From Candidatus Limnocylindrales bacterium (GTDB lineage: Bacteria > Moduliflexota > Moduliflexia > Moduliflexales > JAUQPW01): a stretch of 64,000 bases of DNA. The position numbers were made by a program, and so were the translations under genes. This document shows positions 1 to 9,201 of the stretch, in pieces. The notes under the pieces were generated by a model. It was not told where the DNA came from. It worked only from the letters and a program-made list of their open reading frames with translations, and searched no databases. Each line of letters opens with the position of its first letter. Position 1 is the first letter of the stretch. The stretch is taken from positions 248,001 to 312,000 of the forward strand of contig DATMBG010000051.1 of the NCBI GenBank assembly GCA_035559535.1, written 5' to 3'.

Positions 1-365
1 CGGCGGAACCTATGTCCATGATTCGAACAACTTTAGCCCAAAAGCGCGAAGAAAGTAAGGATAAACAAACCGTCTTGGGCCCGGCATTGGAAACCCAGAA
101 TCAGAAGGATCAGGAACTTCAAACCTTGGATTCCGGACCGGGTTGCCCTTTTTCGCAAATAGTGTCCGATGCCTTTGCCCATAATACCTCTTCATCTGGT
201 AAAGAGCCTGTTTGGACCGCAGAAGCTGAGAAACGGCTAGAACGGATTCCAGGCTTTGTAAGGCCTATGGTAAAAAAGGGTGTTGAGATGTACGCCAGGG
301 AACGGGGCTATAGCGAAATAAATGAAGCCGTTATGGATGAAGCTAGAGGAAGATTCGGCATGTGA
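1..365 (+). CDS. PCP_red (protochlorophyllide reductase C-terminal-like) domain protein; probably 5'-truncated by the window edge
   Basis: C-terminal WTAEAEKRLERIPGFVRPMVKKGVEMYARERG matches the PCP_red pattern W..EA..RL..IP.FVR. The frame is open back to position 3. Confidence 0.7.
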   Translation, partial: AEPMSMIRTTLAQKREESKDKQTVLGPALETQNQKDQELQTLDSGPGCPFSQIVSDAFAHNTSSSGKEPVWTAEAEKRLERIPGFVRPMVKKGVEMYARERGYSEINEAVMDEARGRFGM

Positions 366-373
366 GATAAGTT

Positions 374-880
374 ATGAGCTATCTGGCTATTTTCATTCTC
401 TGGTTACATGTTTTAGCAGTTATTACCTGGATTGGGGGAATGATTTTCACGCTGGTAACCCTTGTCCCTAATCTGAAAACGCCTTTGTCCATTGAACAAC
501 TACGGCTTTTTCAGAATGCCCAGACCCGATTTCACTTCCTTGCGGCAAGGGCCGCCGAAATTATTGTGCTGACCGGTATTTTCAATGTGCTGATTCGTGG
601 ATATTATTCTCAATTTCAATATTCCCCGGCTTATATGTGGATACTTACCTTAAAAATCATCCTCCTCGGAGTGATGATTGCGATCCGGGTGATAAGTTCC
701 CGTACGGCGGTTTCGAAGATCAGTGATTTTCTTTTGACCCTCCCACCTGCTAAACAGTTCACCGACCAAATACCCGATTCTATTATGCAATTACAACGAA
801 AGTCCCAATATTTCTTGATGATTAATACGGTGCTTGGGATGGTCGTTCTGTTTCTGGCTCTCATGCTCAGGAATTTTTGA
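374..880 (+). CDS. CopD/DUF4149-like four-TM membrane protein
   Basis: WLHVLAVITWIGG...LTGIFN...LKIIL pattern typical of CopD/DUF4149-type proteins; hydrophobic helices. Confidence 0.6.
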   Translation: MSYLAIFILWLHVLAVITWIGGMIFTLVTLVPNLKTPLSIEQLRLFQNAQTRFHFLAARAAEIIVLTGIFNVLIRGYYSQFQYSPAYMWILTLKIILLGVMIAIRVISSRTAVSKISDFLLTLPPAKQFTDQIPDSIMQLQRKSQYFLMINTVLGMVVLFLALMLRNF

Positions 881-982
881 GGTGGGAAGATGTCCTGTTG
901 AATACCTCTACAGCCGGGGAGCCCAACTTAAAAAGTAACGGGAGGTCCTCATTTAATTCCTAAATTTAAAAATCGAAAAATT

Positions 983-2308
983 ATGGAGTATAGAGTTCAC
1001 ACCATCTCCTGGAACATTACCAAACGATGCAATATCCAGTGTGCCCATTGTTATCTGGATGCTGCCTACAGAACCGGGGAACGGATCGGGGAATTAAGTA
1101 CCGAAGAATGCTTCCGAATTATTGACCAGATTGAAGAGGTAAATCCCCATGCTTTATTGATTCTGACGGGAGGAGAACCTCTATTAAGAAAGGATATTTT
1201 TGAGATTGCCCGCTACGCTTCGCAGAAAAAATTTATGGTCGTTATCGGAACGAACGGGACCATTCTCAATGATAAACTGGTACAGAAAATGGTGGCGGCG
1301 GGAGTTAAAGGGGTCAGTATCAGTCTTCATTCGGTAAGACCGGAAGCCCATGACCACTTTACCCAGGTTCCTGGATCCTGGCAAAAAGCAGTCCGAGGGG
1401 CTCAAGTCCTCAAGAGGAATCAGGTGGAGTTTATTATCCAGACTTCTACCATGTCCTGGAATTACGATGAAATCCCCAGGATTGTGGATTTTGCCTATGA
1501 ACTGGGGGCCCGGTTTTTCAACCTTTACTTTCTTGTGTGTACCGGTCGAGGCCAGGGACTTAGTGGAAAGGATATTAGCGAAGCCCGGTATGAAGCCATG
1601 CTGGTGCAGGTATTTGAGATGCAAAAGAAGTATCAGGGTAAAATGCTTATCAGTGCCAAGTGTACCCCTCAATATAAACGGATTGTTTACGAAGCTGATC
1701 CCAACTCTCCTTACCTCAAGAGCTACTCAGGCGGCTGTCCGGCAGCTACCCACTATGCCCAGATTACTCCCACCGGGGAAGTAACCCCCTGTCCTTATAT
1801 GTCTATTCCCTTAGGAAATGTCAGAAAGAAATCCTTTGCCGAGATCTGGCATACCTCACCCCTTCTTAATCAGCTTCGAGATCGAAAACTTCTCCAGGGA
1901 AGGTGTGGAAGTTGCGAATTTAAGGTGGTTTGTAGTGGATGTCGGGCCAGGGCTTTTGCAGAGACGGGTAACTACCTTGCCGAAGATCCCTCCTGTCAGT
2001 ATGAGCCTGGTAAGTATAATTTTGTGGAGATTAAATTGGAGGAGACACTCACCCTCGGTCTGGAAGCAGACTTTCAATTAACCTGGACGGATGAAGCTAA
2101 AAAACGACTGGAAATGATTCCTTCTTTTGCCCGTGGAATGGTTATAAAAGGCGTGGAAGGTTATGCTCGAAGTAAGGGTTATTCGGTGATTACTCCCGAG
2201 TTGATGAAAGAAGTCCGGGAGAAGGCCATGCAGAATATGGGAGGTATGTTTTCTTTATTTAAGAAGAATGAAAACAATCTCCTACAGATTCAAGATCTAA
2301 AGAATTAA
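983..2308 (+). CDS. Radical SAM/SPASM protein, AhbC/AhbD (NirJ-like heme synthesis) family, with C-terminal PCP_red domain
   Basis: CNIQCAHC motif and TGGEPLLR. SPASM cysteines GCPAA..PCPY..CGSC..CSGCRARA..DPSC. C-terminal WTDEAKKRLEMIPSFAR. Confidence 0.75.
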   Translation: MEYRVHTISWNITKRCNIQCAHCYLDAAYRTGERIGELSTEECFRIIDQIEEVNPHALLILTGGEPLLRKDIFEIARYASQKKFMVVIGTNGTILNDKLVQKMVAAGVKGVSISLHSVRPEAHDHFTQVPGSWQKAVRGAQVLKRNQVEFIIQTSTMSWNYDEIPRIVDFAYELGARFFNLYFLVCTGRGQGLSGKDISEARYEAMLVQVFEMQKKYQGKMLISAKCTPQYKRIVYEADPNSPYLKSYSGGCPAATHYAQITPTGEVTPCPYMSIPLGNVRKKSFAEIWHTSPLLNQLRDRKLLQGRCGSCEFKVVCSGCRARAFAETGNYLAEDPSCQYEPGKYNFVEIKLEETLTLGLEADFQLTWTDEAKKRLEMIPSFARGMVIKGVEGYARSKGYSVITPELMKEVREKAMQNMGGMFSLFKKNENNLLQIQDLKN

Positions 2309-2319
2309 TTTCGAGATCC

Positions 2320-2721
2320 ATGACCACCCCATCCAAAAAGTTTCATCAGGCGGCTCTTGTTTACCTGATAGGAGCCATCCTGGTCGTTTTTTTGACTATT
2401 TTCTTGGGCGGTACGCCCGAGCGAAAAAGCGGTGAACTTCGCTCCCTCATCCCCGCAGCTATTATTTTACCCATTTTAGCCGGGCTCGTTTATAAGGAAT
2501 TTCGTATCCTGACCAAAATTTTAGCCGTACTGGCCGGAATTCGAACCCTGGTATTTTTACTGAACTTTTTGGGCTTCCAGATTGGATACGATTTTCATGC
2601 TCATACCGTTAAATTCAGCTCAGAGAATCTCTTTACGTTTAACTATCTCTATCTTGTTACAGGACTTTTAACGGGCTTTATCTGTTACATGCTGGCGCGA
2701 GCAGCCTGGGATCTTTCGTAG
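2320..2721 (+). CDS. Hypothetical four-TM membrane protein
   Basis: 133-aa hydrophobic ORF starting 11 bp after the radical SAM gene. Confidence 0.6.
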   Translation: MTTPSKKFHQAALVYLIGAILVVFLTIFLGGTPERKSGELRSLIPAAIILPILAGLVYKEFRILTKILAVLAGIRTLVFLLNFLGFQIGYDFHAHTVKFSSENLFTFNYLYLVTGLLTGFICYMLARAAWDLS

Positions 2722-2745
2722 GGGCGGAGGGCCCTCTGCCCGTAC
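2718..2745. repeat. GTAG-type REP-like palindrome
   Basis: gtaggggcggagggccctctgcccgtac; contains the TAG stop codon of the upstream ORF. Confidence 0.55.
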
Positions 2746-2800
2746 AAAACTAAGTACTGAGTGCCGAGTAACTACTTATCACTCGGTACTCAGCACTGTC

Positions 2801-4000
2801 TTACGTTAAAAGCCCTTCACTGGGAGCTATTTCATACTCTCTTAATCCCTCGATATCTTGTTCTTCTTCTCCGGTAACCCTGGCCAAAAACCGCCGAATC
2901 AGAGGACCAAATTTATGGTACTCCAGGAGGAACGCATCATGACCGTAAAGTGAGTTAATGTTGTAGTATTCCACATAGGAGCCATTGGCCCGCAGGGCAC
3001 GTACAAGCTCCTCAGAACGGTAGGGCGGAAAAAGCCAGTCTCCGGCAAAGGAGATAACCAGAGATTTACAGGTAATCCGCTTAAAGGATTCCTCCAGGCT
3101 ACTGTATCCTTCTGAGGCATCGTATAAGTCCATAGCCCGCAATAAATAGAGGTAGCAGTTGGCATCGAATCTTTGAACGAACTTTTCACCCTGGTATTCC
3201 AAATATCTTTCCACATCGAAAGGGCTGGTCAGGTCATGTTTCATCTTTTCAGGGTTTAGATGCCGTCGGCCAAATTTTTCCCACATGGAGTGGTCACTGA
3301 GATAAGTGATATGACCGATCATTCTGGCGATAGCCAATCCTTTCTTGGGCGCTTGTTTTCCGTAATAATCTCCATGGTTCCAGTTTGGATCTGCCATGAT
3401 GGCCTCCTGGGCAACCTTATGAAAGGCGATACCCTGAGGGGTGACACAATAGCCAGTAGCAATGGGAATAATAGAACGGACCATATGGGAATAGCGGAGT
3501 CCCCATTCCAGAACCTTCATCCCGGCCGAAGATCCCCCTGCTACTGCCACTAAACTCTTCACTCCCAGGTAATCGATCAACTTCTTTTGAACCTCTACCA
3601 TGTCTCCCATGGTAATAATAGGAAAGGACATTCCATAGGGTTTTCCGGTTTTTGGGTTAATGGAAGCCGGACCTGTGGTACCTCTACAACCTCCCAGATT
3701 ATTGCAGCAGATAACAAAGTACTTACTGGTATCGAAGGGTTTTCCAGGTCCGATAATGGGATCCCACCAGCCGGGATATTTATCCTCTTCTGAATATCTT
3801 CCAGCAGCATGGGCATCTCCGGTCAGGGAGTGAATCACCAGGATGGCATTATCTCGGGTAGCGTTTAGAGTCCCATAAGTTTCATAGGCTACCGTGATAG
3901 GACTCAATTCTGCACGGTTCTCTAAAACGAACGTTTCTGGCGGTTGGACAAGGGTACAGGTCTGGGTTTTTACAATTCCGACAGAACCTTGATCGGTCAT
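2801..4000 (-). CDS. metX: Homoserine O-acetyltransferase
   Basis: HSLTGDAH, NNLGGCRGTTGP, GGSSAGM nucleophile elbow, RFDAN, YGHDAFL; lies downstream of metY. Start set at ATG 4000 because the longer N-terminus is a translated heptamer repeat. Confidence 0.9.
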   Translation of the reverse strand: MTDQGSVGIVKTQTCTLVQPPETFVLENRAELSPITVAYETYGTLNATRDNAILVIHSLTGDAHAAGRYSEEDKYPGWWDPIIGPGKPFDTSKYFVICCNNLGGCRGTTGPASINPKTGKPYGMSFPIITMGDMVEVQKKLIDYLGVKSLVAVAGGSSAGMKVLEWGLRYSHMVRSIIPIATGYCVTPQGIAFHKVAQEAIMADPNWNHGDYYGKQAPKKGLAIARMIGHITYLSDHSMWEKFGRRHLNPEKMKHDLTSPFDVERYLEYQGEKFVQRFDANCYLYLLRAMDLYDASEGYSSLEESFKRITCKSLVISFAGDWLFPPYRSEELVRALRANGSYVEYYNINSLYGHDAFLLEYHKFGPLIRRFLARVTGEEEQDIEGLREYEIAPSEGLLT

Positions 4001-4099
4001 TTTTTTGTCCGTTGTTCGTTGTCCGTTGTCCATTGTTTGTTCGAGAAGATAATAAATTTCTCAACAAAGGACAACCGACAACGGACAGCAGACGAAAAA

Positions 4100-5392
4100 C
4101 TACTTTTTCTGTGATTTTTCTAAGGCCTGTTCAATGTCCCAGATAATATCTTCCACATCTTCCAGTCCGATGGACAGGCGGATCATATCTGGAGTAACAC
4201 CACTTGCCAGACGTTCCTCCTCACTCAAGCGACGATGGGTAGTACTGGCAGGATGGATAACCAGACTTTTCGCATCTCCGACATTGGCCAAATGGGAGAG
4301 TAACTCCACACTTTCAATAAATTTAATTCCAGCTTCAACCCCACCCTTAATTCCAAAGGTCATAATGGAACCGGCTCCACGAGGTAAGTACTTCTGAGCC
4401 AGTTTGTAATAAGGGCTATCCGGCAGGCCCGGATAATTAACCCAGGTTACCAGGGGATGTTCACTCAAATACTTGGCCACGGCCAGCCCATTCTGACAAT
4501 GCTGCTTCATTCGAAGGGAAAGGGTTTCAAGTCCCTGGAGCATCAAGAAGGCATTAAAAGGACTCATACAGGCCCCAAAATCTCGCATCATCTCCGCCCG
4601 GACCTTCATAATGTACGCAAAATTTCCGAAAGTTTCGTAGAACTTCATGTTATGGTAACCCGGTGAAGGTTCTACTAACTCCGGAAAGGTTCCGTTATCC
4701 CACGGAAAATTCCCGGAGTCTACAATGACACCCCCGATGGAAGTTCCATGTCCTCCAATAAATTTAGTAGCCGAGTGAACTACAATATCGGCTCCGAACT
4801 CAAAAGGTCGACAAAGGTAAGGGGTGGCAAAGGTGTTATCCACCATAAAAAGAAGGCCAGCTTCGTGGGCGATTTTAGCCACAGCCTCCAAATCCAACAC
4901 ATCGATTTTAGGATTTCCCATGATTTCGCCGTAGAGGAGCTTGGTCTTACGGGTCAGAGCTTTCCTGAAATTCTCAGGATCATCCGGGTTTACAAAAGTT
5001 GTTTTAATACCGAATCGCTTGAAAGCAATGGCAAACTGATTACGAGTTCCCCCATACAGATTGGTGGAGGATACAATTTCATCTCCTTCCTTAAGGAGAG
5101 ATAAAATGGCCGTAGCCTGGGCGGCCTGACCTGAAGCGGTTGCCAGAGCACCGACTCCCCCTTCCAGGGCAGCCATCCTCTCTTCAAATACCGCCACCGT
5201 TGGATTCATAATGCGGGAATAAATACTCCCAAACCGGTTGAGTTCAAACAGATCGGCTGCATGCTGAGTATTCTCAAAGACAAAAGAAGTCGTTTGATAA
5301 ATGGGAACAGCCCTGGCTCCCGTATTGCTGTCCGGTCTTTGTCCGGCATGGATCATGAGCGTATTAAATCCAAATCTTCTATCTTGTGCCAT
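4100..5392 (-). CDS. metY: O-acetylhomoserine aminocarboxypropyltransferase/sulfhydrylase
   Basis: [32 protein letters not shown]-lysine motif, [20 protein letters not shown]. Confidence 0.93.
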   Translation of the reverse strand: MAQDRRFGFNTLMIHAGQRPDSNTGARAVPIYQTTSFVFENTQHAADLFELNRFGSIYSRIMNPTVAVFEERMAALEGGVGALATASGQAAQATAILSLLKEGDEIVSSTNLYGGTRNQFAIAFKRFGIKTTFVNPDDPENFRKALTRKTKLLYGEIMGNPKIDVLDLEAVAKIAHEAGLLFMVDNTFATPYLCRPFEFGADIVVHSATKFIGGHGTSIGGVIVDSGNFPWDNGTFPELVEPSPGYHNMKFYETFGNFAYIMKVRAEMMRDFGACMSPFNAFLMLQGLETLSLRMKQHCQNGLAVAKYLSEHPLVTWVNYPGLPDSPYYKLAQKYLPRGAGSIMTFGIKGGVEAGIKFIESVELLSHLANVGDAKSLVIHPASTTHRRLSEEERLASGVTPDMIRLSIGLEDVEDIIWDIEQALEKSQKK

Positions 5393-5408
5393 GTAAACTC
5401 CCTTAGAA

Positions 5409-5513
5409 AGTGGGAGAGTATGGAGGTATGGGAGTATAGAAGTAAATTCTCCCGCTCCTCACCCCTCCCCACTTCCATACTCCCACACTCCCCTACTCCC
5501 ATACCTCCATACT
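5409..5513. repeat. Inverted-arm octamer (GGGAGTAT/ATACTCCC) tandem-repeat hairpin
   Basis: gggagagtatggaggtatgggagtat ... cttccatactcccacactccctactccccatacctccatactc. Confidence 0.7.
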
Positions 5514-5514
5514 C

Positions 5515-6009
5515 TTAAATCTTTCTAGACGTAATAACCCCCGTATTAAGTCCTACCAAATTAAGGCCCTGGAAAAACCGGCAATGTTCTATTTTCACAC
5601 AACGATCCATTACAACTTCTAAGCCAGCCTCCCTGGCACGTTTAGCCGCTTCTTCGTTGATAATTCCCAGTTGCATCCAGATGACTTTCGCTCCAATAGC
5701 AATGGCTTCTTCCACAATAGGGGGTACGTCCTCTGGCTTTCGAAAGATATCCACAATCTCTACAGGTTCCGGAATATCTTTAAGGGACTTATAGCAGCGA
5801 AGACCTAAAATTTCCTCATAATTGGGATTTACAGGGAATATTTTATACCCCTGGCTTTTCATATGAATAGCCGCCCGGTAGCTCGGACGAGAAGGTTCTG
5901 GAGAAAGCCCAACCATGGCGATATTTTTATACTTAAGTAAAATATCTCGGGTTGATAGAGAGAAATTACCGGTTTCGATTCCTGCAAATTTTCCCATGTA
6001 TTTGTTCAT
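5515..6009 (-). CDS. CoA-binding protein (YccU family)
   Basis: IAMVGLS..RPS, PVNP, VDIFR, IWMQLG, VVMDRC; first gene of the metY-metX unit. Confidence 0.88.
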   Translation of the reverse strand: MNKYMGKFAGIETGNFSLSTRDILLKYKNIAMVGLSPEPSRPSYRAAIHMKSQGYKIFPVNPNYEEILGLRCYKSLKDIPEPVEIVDIFRKPEDVPPIVEEAIAIGAKVIWMQLGIINEEAAKRAREAGLEVVMDRCVKIEHCRFFQGLNLVGLNTGVITSRKI

Positions 6010-6085
6010 GGCTGATTTTTTATGATAAATAGGAGTTCATCATCTTAATAAATCATAAAAACCAGCTTAAATCGGTTACTGATAA

Positions 6086-6114
6086 AGTCTAGTTACCGGA
6101 TAACCTCCTGTCAA
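6086..6114 (-). promoter_or_regulatory. Sigma70-type promoter of the CoA-binding-metY-metX operon
   Basis: TTGACA-17 nt-TAGACT on the minus strand; the spacer contains the palindrome GTTA-N5-TAAC. Confidence 0.6.
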
Positions 6115-6161
6115 ACAAAATCTGATCTACAGCGTTGCTCTCTTAATTCAAAGATTCCTTC

Positions 6162-6379
6162 TATTACTTCGTAAAGTTAGATTTGAATAGCTCTTCTACC
6201 CTCCCCCCAACTCCCTCTCCCGAGGCTTCGGAAGAGGGGGCGCTTGGGGAGTTGTGGAGATTTGCTGGCTCCCCTCTCCGCCCCCACCCCTTCCCTCCCC
6301 GGCCACGGGGAGGGTGAGGGAGGGGGAGAGGGACCGGGGGTGAAGGAGAATCACACAGAATTAACTTTCCAAGGTACTA
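6162..6379. mobile_element. MITE-like non-autonomous element with imperfect TIRs and TA at both ends
   Basis: Left end tattacttcgtaaagttagattt; right end gaattaactttccaaggtacta; GC-rich internal hairpins; homologous to 33752-33958. Confidence 0.6.
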
Positions 6380-6507
6380 CCTTTGTACCGGATCTTTGAT
6401 TGTAAAGTATCTTCCGTTCCTGTGGAAACAGGTTATTTCATTTTTTGCTTCAGAACGCTACCCTGTTCCCGGAGAAGGACCCGGTGACCCGTTCGGTTAG
6501 GACTTTT

Positions 6508-7224
6508 TTAAATCTCCTGATCCTTGGGTAGAATCATAATTTGTGGTATTCTCACATGATCGGGCTGTTCCAATATAAACCGTACACACCGGGCTACCTC
6601 TTCAGGTTGCAAGGGTCTCGGTATATTCAAGGAATCTTTTGGATGAACTTTATAATCCCGATGAAGTTCGGTCAGGATAAGTCCCGGTTGAATACAACTG
6701 ATCTTTACATTGGTACGTGCCAACTCCACCCGTAGCGCTTCTGATAAAGCTTCTAAAGCAAACTTAGTTCCGGCATAGGCCCCTGCCATGGGACGTATCT
6801 TGGTTCCCAGTACACTGGAGGTATTTATCAAGTGTCCGTGGTTTTGAGAAAGAAAATATTTAACCGCTACATACGCGACCCTGTAAGCGGCCTCCACATT
6901 GACCCGTACCATTTGACAAACCTTATCTATATTGATTTCAGGGATGGAACCGACTTCAATCATTCCGGCGTTATTCAACACAATATCACACCGCCCAAAG
7001 GTTTTTAAAGCCTTATCCAGCAACCTTTGAGGTAAATCGACCTCGGTAATCTCTCCGGCTATAAAAACAGTCTCTTTAAGTTCCGAGGAAAGTTTTTCCA
7101 GCCGATCGGCTCTACGAGCGGTAAGAACTAACTTCACTCCTGCTTCATGAAGGTTTCGGGCTACTGCCGCTCCAACTCCACTGCTGGCCCCGGTGATGAT
7201 GGCCACTTTATCTTTCAAATTCAT
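6508..7224 (-). CDS. Short-chain dehydrogenase/reductase (YdfG-like clade)
   Basis: TGASSGVG, NNAG, YAGTK. Start at MNLKDK (7224); the extra N-terminus in the ORF track is translated repeat DNA. Confidence 0.88.
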   Translation of the reverse strand: MNLKDKVAIITGASSGVGAAVARNLHEAGVKLVLTARRADRLEKLSSELKETVFIAGEITEVDLPQRLLDKALKTFGRCDIVLNNAGMIEVGSIPEINIDKVCQMVRVNVEAAYRVAYVAVKYFLSQNHGHLINTSSVLGTKIRPMAGAYAGTKFALEALSEALRVELARTNVKISCIQPGLILTELHRDYKVHPKDSLNIPRPLQPEEVARCVRFILEQPDHVRIPQIMILPKDQEI

Positions 7225-7285
7225 ATCAGAATATTCCTCTTTAAGCCGAACCCCTCCTATCCCCATAGCATCAGGATAAAAAGGT

Positions 7286-7468
7286 AGCCCCGCGGCGGGG
7301 CGACCTGTGGATAGCCCCCGGCGTGAGCCAGGGGAAACAGGATAACAGGATCCTTTAAGCCACAACGGGGCGACCTGTTTAATCACCAGGGAGCTTGAAA
7401 AAATTCTGAATTTCTGAACCCCCCGACCTTTCGTCGGGAGCTACCAACCGTTCGCCTCTGATGGGGCT
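7286..7468. repeat. Composite REP/REPIN-like inverted repeat cluster
   Basis: agccccgcggcggggcgacctgtggatagcccccggcgtgagccagggg, a partial second copy, and an inverted homolog cccccgacctttcgtcgggagctaccaaccgttcgcctctgatggggct. Confidence 0.6.
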
Positions 7469-7625
7469 TTTCGACTTATGCTGGTGTGTATACCTCCTAT
7501 CCCCCTTTGAGAAGGGCCAGGAGAGTCCGGCTTCTCTCCCAAATCAACTCCACCTCTAAACTATCCCAGCCTGCTTTTGTTTCTAAAATAGTTTAAGCAA
7601 GGATGAGATGTCAAGCAGAATAGTA

Positions 7626-7654
7626 TTGACGCCGAAGTAGATCCCGGGTATGCT
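7626..7654 (+). promoter_or_regulatory. Sigma70-type promoter of the FAD-oxidoreductase operon
   Basis: TTGACG-17 nt-TATGCT. Confidence 0.5.
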
Positions 7655-7719
7655 TTTAATGATTTGTAAAGCAAATAAAACGACTCCAGAATTTTCTTTA
7701 GAAAGGATAACAAAATTCT

Positions 7720-9132
7720 ATGGCAGGTACTTCCATTGAAGAGCGGTTATATGAGCAATTGATAGGAATTCTAGGGAAGACCAATGTTTCAGACAACGAT
7801 CTGGAACGGTTTGTATATTCTGGAAGCGCGGGGGTTTCTATGCCGCCTCGGCGGGTCATAGGGGAATATGGACCTGGAAGTCCTCCAGCTTTCATAGTTT
7901 GGCCGGAAACCACAAGGCAGGTGGTAGAATTGGTTCGTCTGGCCAATAAGGAAAAGATCCCTCTGGTCCCTATGGGAGGAAGTGTTGGTTTACGAGGGGG
8001 AAGTCTTCCCTTGAGCTCAAACGCCATTGTGGTGGATATTAAAAAGATGCATAAAATTCTGGATATCCATCCCGATGCCATGACCATAACCGTCCAGGCC
8101 GGAATTGTTCGACCCGAAATGGATGAGGTGCTGGCAGCTAAAGGTTTTTGGTTTCCCCATGATCCTCCCTCCCATCCTGTTTCCGCCATCGGTGGATTTA
8201 TATCGACGGCTGCAGCCGGCTGGTGGCTCCCCAAGTATGGATACATGGGGGATCTTCTCCTGGCCTTGGAGGTAGTACTCCCTACCGGACAGATTCTGAG
8301 AACCAAACCCGTGATGAAACATTCGGTAGGACCCAATTTAAACTGGCTCTTTGTTGGGGCTGCAGGTACTTTAGGGATTATTACCGAAGCCACCTTGAAG
8401 ATTTATCCCTTACCTGAAGCCCGCTATACCCGGGTTTATACCTTTGATTCCTTTCATAAAGCCTACCGGGCTGCCTATGAGATTAACAAACGGGATTTGA
8501 ATCCCTATGTAATGCGGGTTGGAGATGATGGGCATAGTAAGGTTTATTTAGGCCGTGCCCTTCAAACTCCTGAGCTGACAGGTTTTACGTTGGTAGTAGG
8601 GTTTGATGGAATGAAGGAAATGGTTGAGCTTCAGGATCGATTGGCTCGAGAAATCGCACTTCGCTATGGAGGTAGAGATTGGGGCCTGGAGTTGGGACAG
8701 CGTTTCTGGGATACACGGCTCAGCTACTGGAAACAAAGAAAATCCACCGAATACTCCACCGATGTCATTACCACAGCAGCTACCTTTGATAAGATAGAGA
8801 GTTTATATACGGCCGTTCGTTCCCTTTATGATCGATTAGGAGTTCACTTTTCTATCCATATCCCCCATTTCACTCCCAAGGGAGCCTCCCTTTACTGTAT
8901 CTTTAAACAACCTGTGAGTCCCGAAGGATTAGAGTTAAATCGACGGGTTTGGGAGGAGGGAATTCCCCTTGTTCTTCAACATGGAGGGACCCTGGAACAT
9001 CATCATGAAATCGGTTATTATCTGTCTCGATACGTTTCATCGGAGTTAGGGACCGGATTAGAAGTTTTACGCGCTATTAAAAAGGCCCTGGACCCGAATA
9101 ACATCTTAAACCCTGGAAAACTGGCACTATAA
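7720..9132 (+). CDS. FAD-binding oxidoreductase, VAO/GlcD/alkyl-DHAP-synthase-like family
   Basis: PMGGSVGLRGG, AIGGFIST, GPNLNWLFVGAAGTLGIITEA, HHHEIG, DPNNILNPGKL. Confidence 0.85.
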   Translation: MAGTSIEERLYEQLIGILGKTNVSDNDLERFVYSGSAGVSMPPRRVIGEYGPGSPPAFIVWPETTRQVVELVRLANKEKIPLVPMGGSVGLRGGSLPLSSNAIVVDIKKMHKILDIHPDAMTITVQAGIVRPEMDEVLAAKGFWFPHDPPSHPVSAIGGFISTAAAGWWLPKYGYMGDLLLALEVVLPTGQILRTKPVMKHSVGPNLNWLFVGAAGTLGIITEATLKIYPLPEARYTRVYTFDSFHKAYRAAYEINKRDLNPYVMRVGDDGHSKVYLGRALQTPELTGFTLVVGFDGMKEMVELQDRLAREIALRYGGRDWGLELGQRFWDTRLSYWKQRKSTEYSTDVITTAATFDKIESLYTAVRSLYDRLGVHFSIHIPHFTPKGASLYCIFKQPVSPEGLELNRRVWEEGIPLVLQHGGTLEHHHEIGYYLSRYVSSELGTGLEVLRAIKKALDPNNILNPGKLAL

Positions 9133-9201
9133 AAATCCTGTCCACGGAGGAACCCGAAGGACCTAAGTGAATAAACACTTCAGGGTTCTTCGTGGTCCTG
9201 G

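Noticed and set aside
3518-3541. MetX nucleophile elbow GGSSAG deviating from GGSMGG
   Set aside because: The catalytic Ser, Asp and His and the operon context are intact; not enough to infer altered function.
4001-4033. Extended N-termini in the ORF track (metX MDNGQRTT, SDR 7225-7386, emrB MPFDFYLL, ilv[13 protein letters not shown] 30284-30487)
   Set aside because: They are translations of intergenic tandem or palindromic repeats; family homology starts at downstream codons.
7698-8393. Long antisense or alternate-frame ORFs (e.g. 7698-8393, 1184-1672, 37218-37751, 54085-54537)
   Set aside because: They are shadows of well-supported genes on the opposite strand and carry no recognisable motifs.
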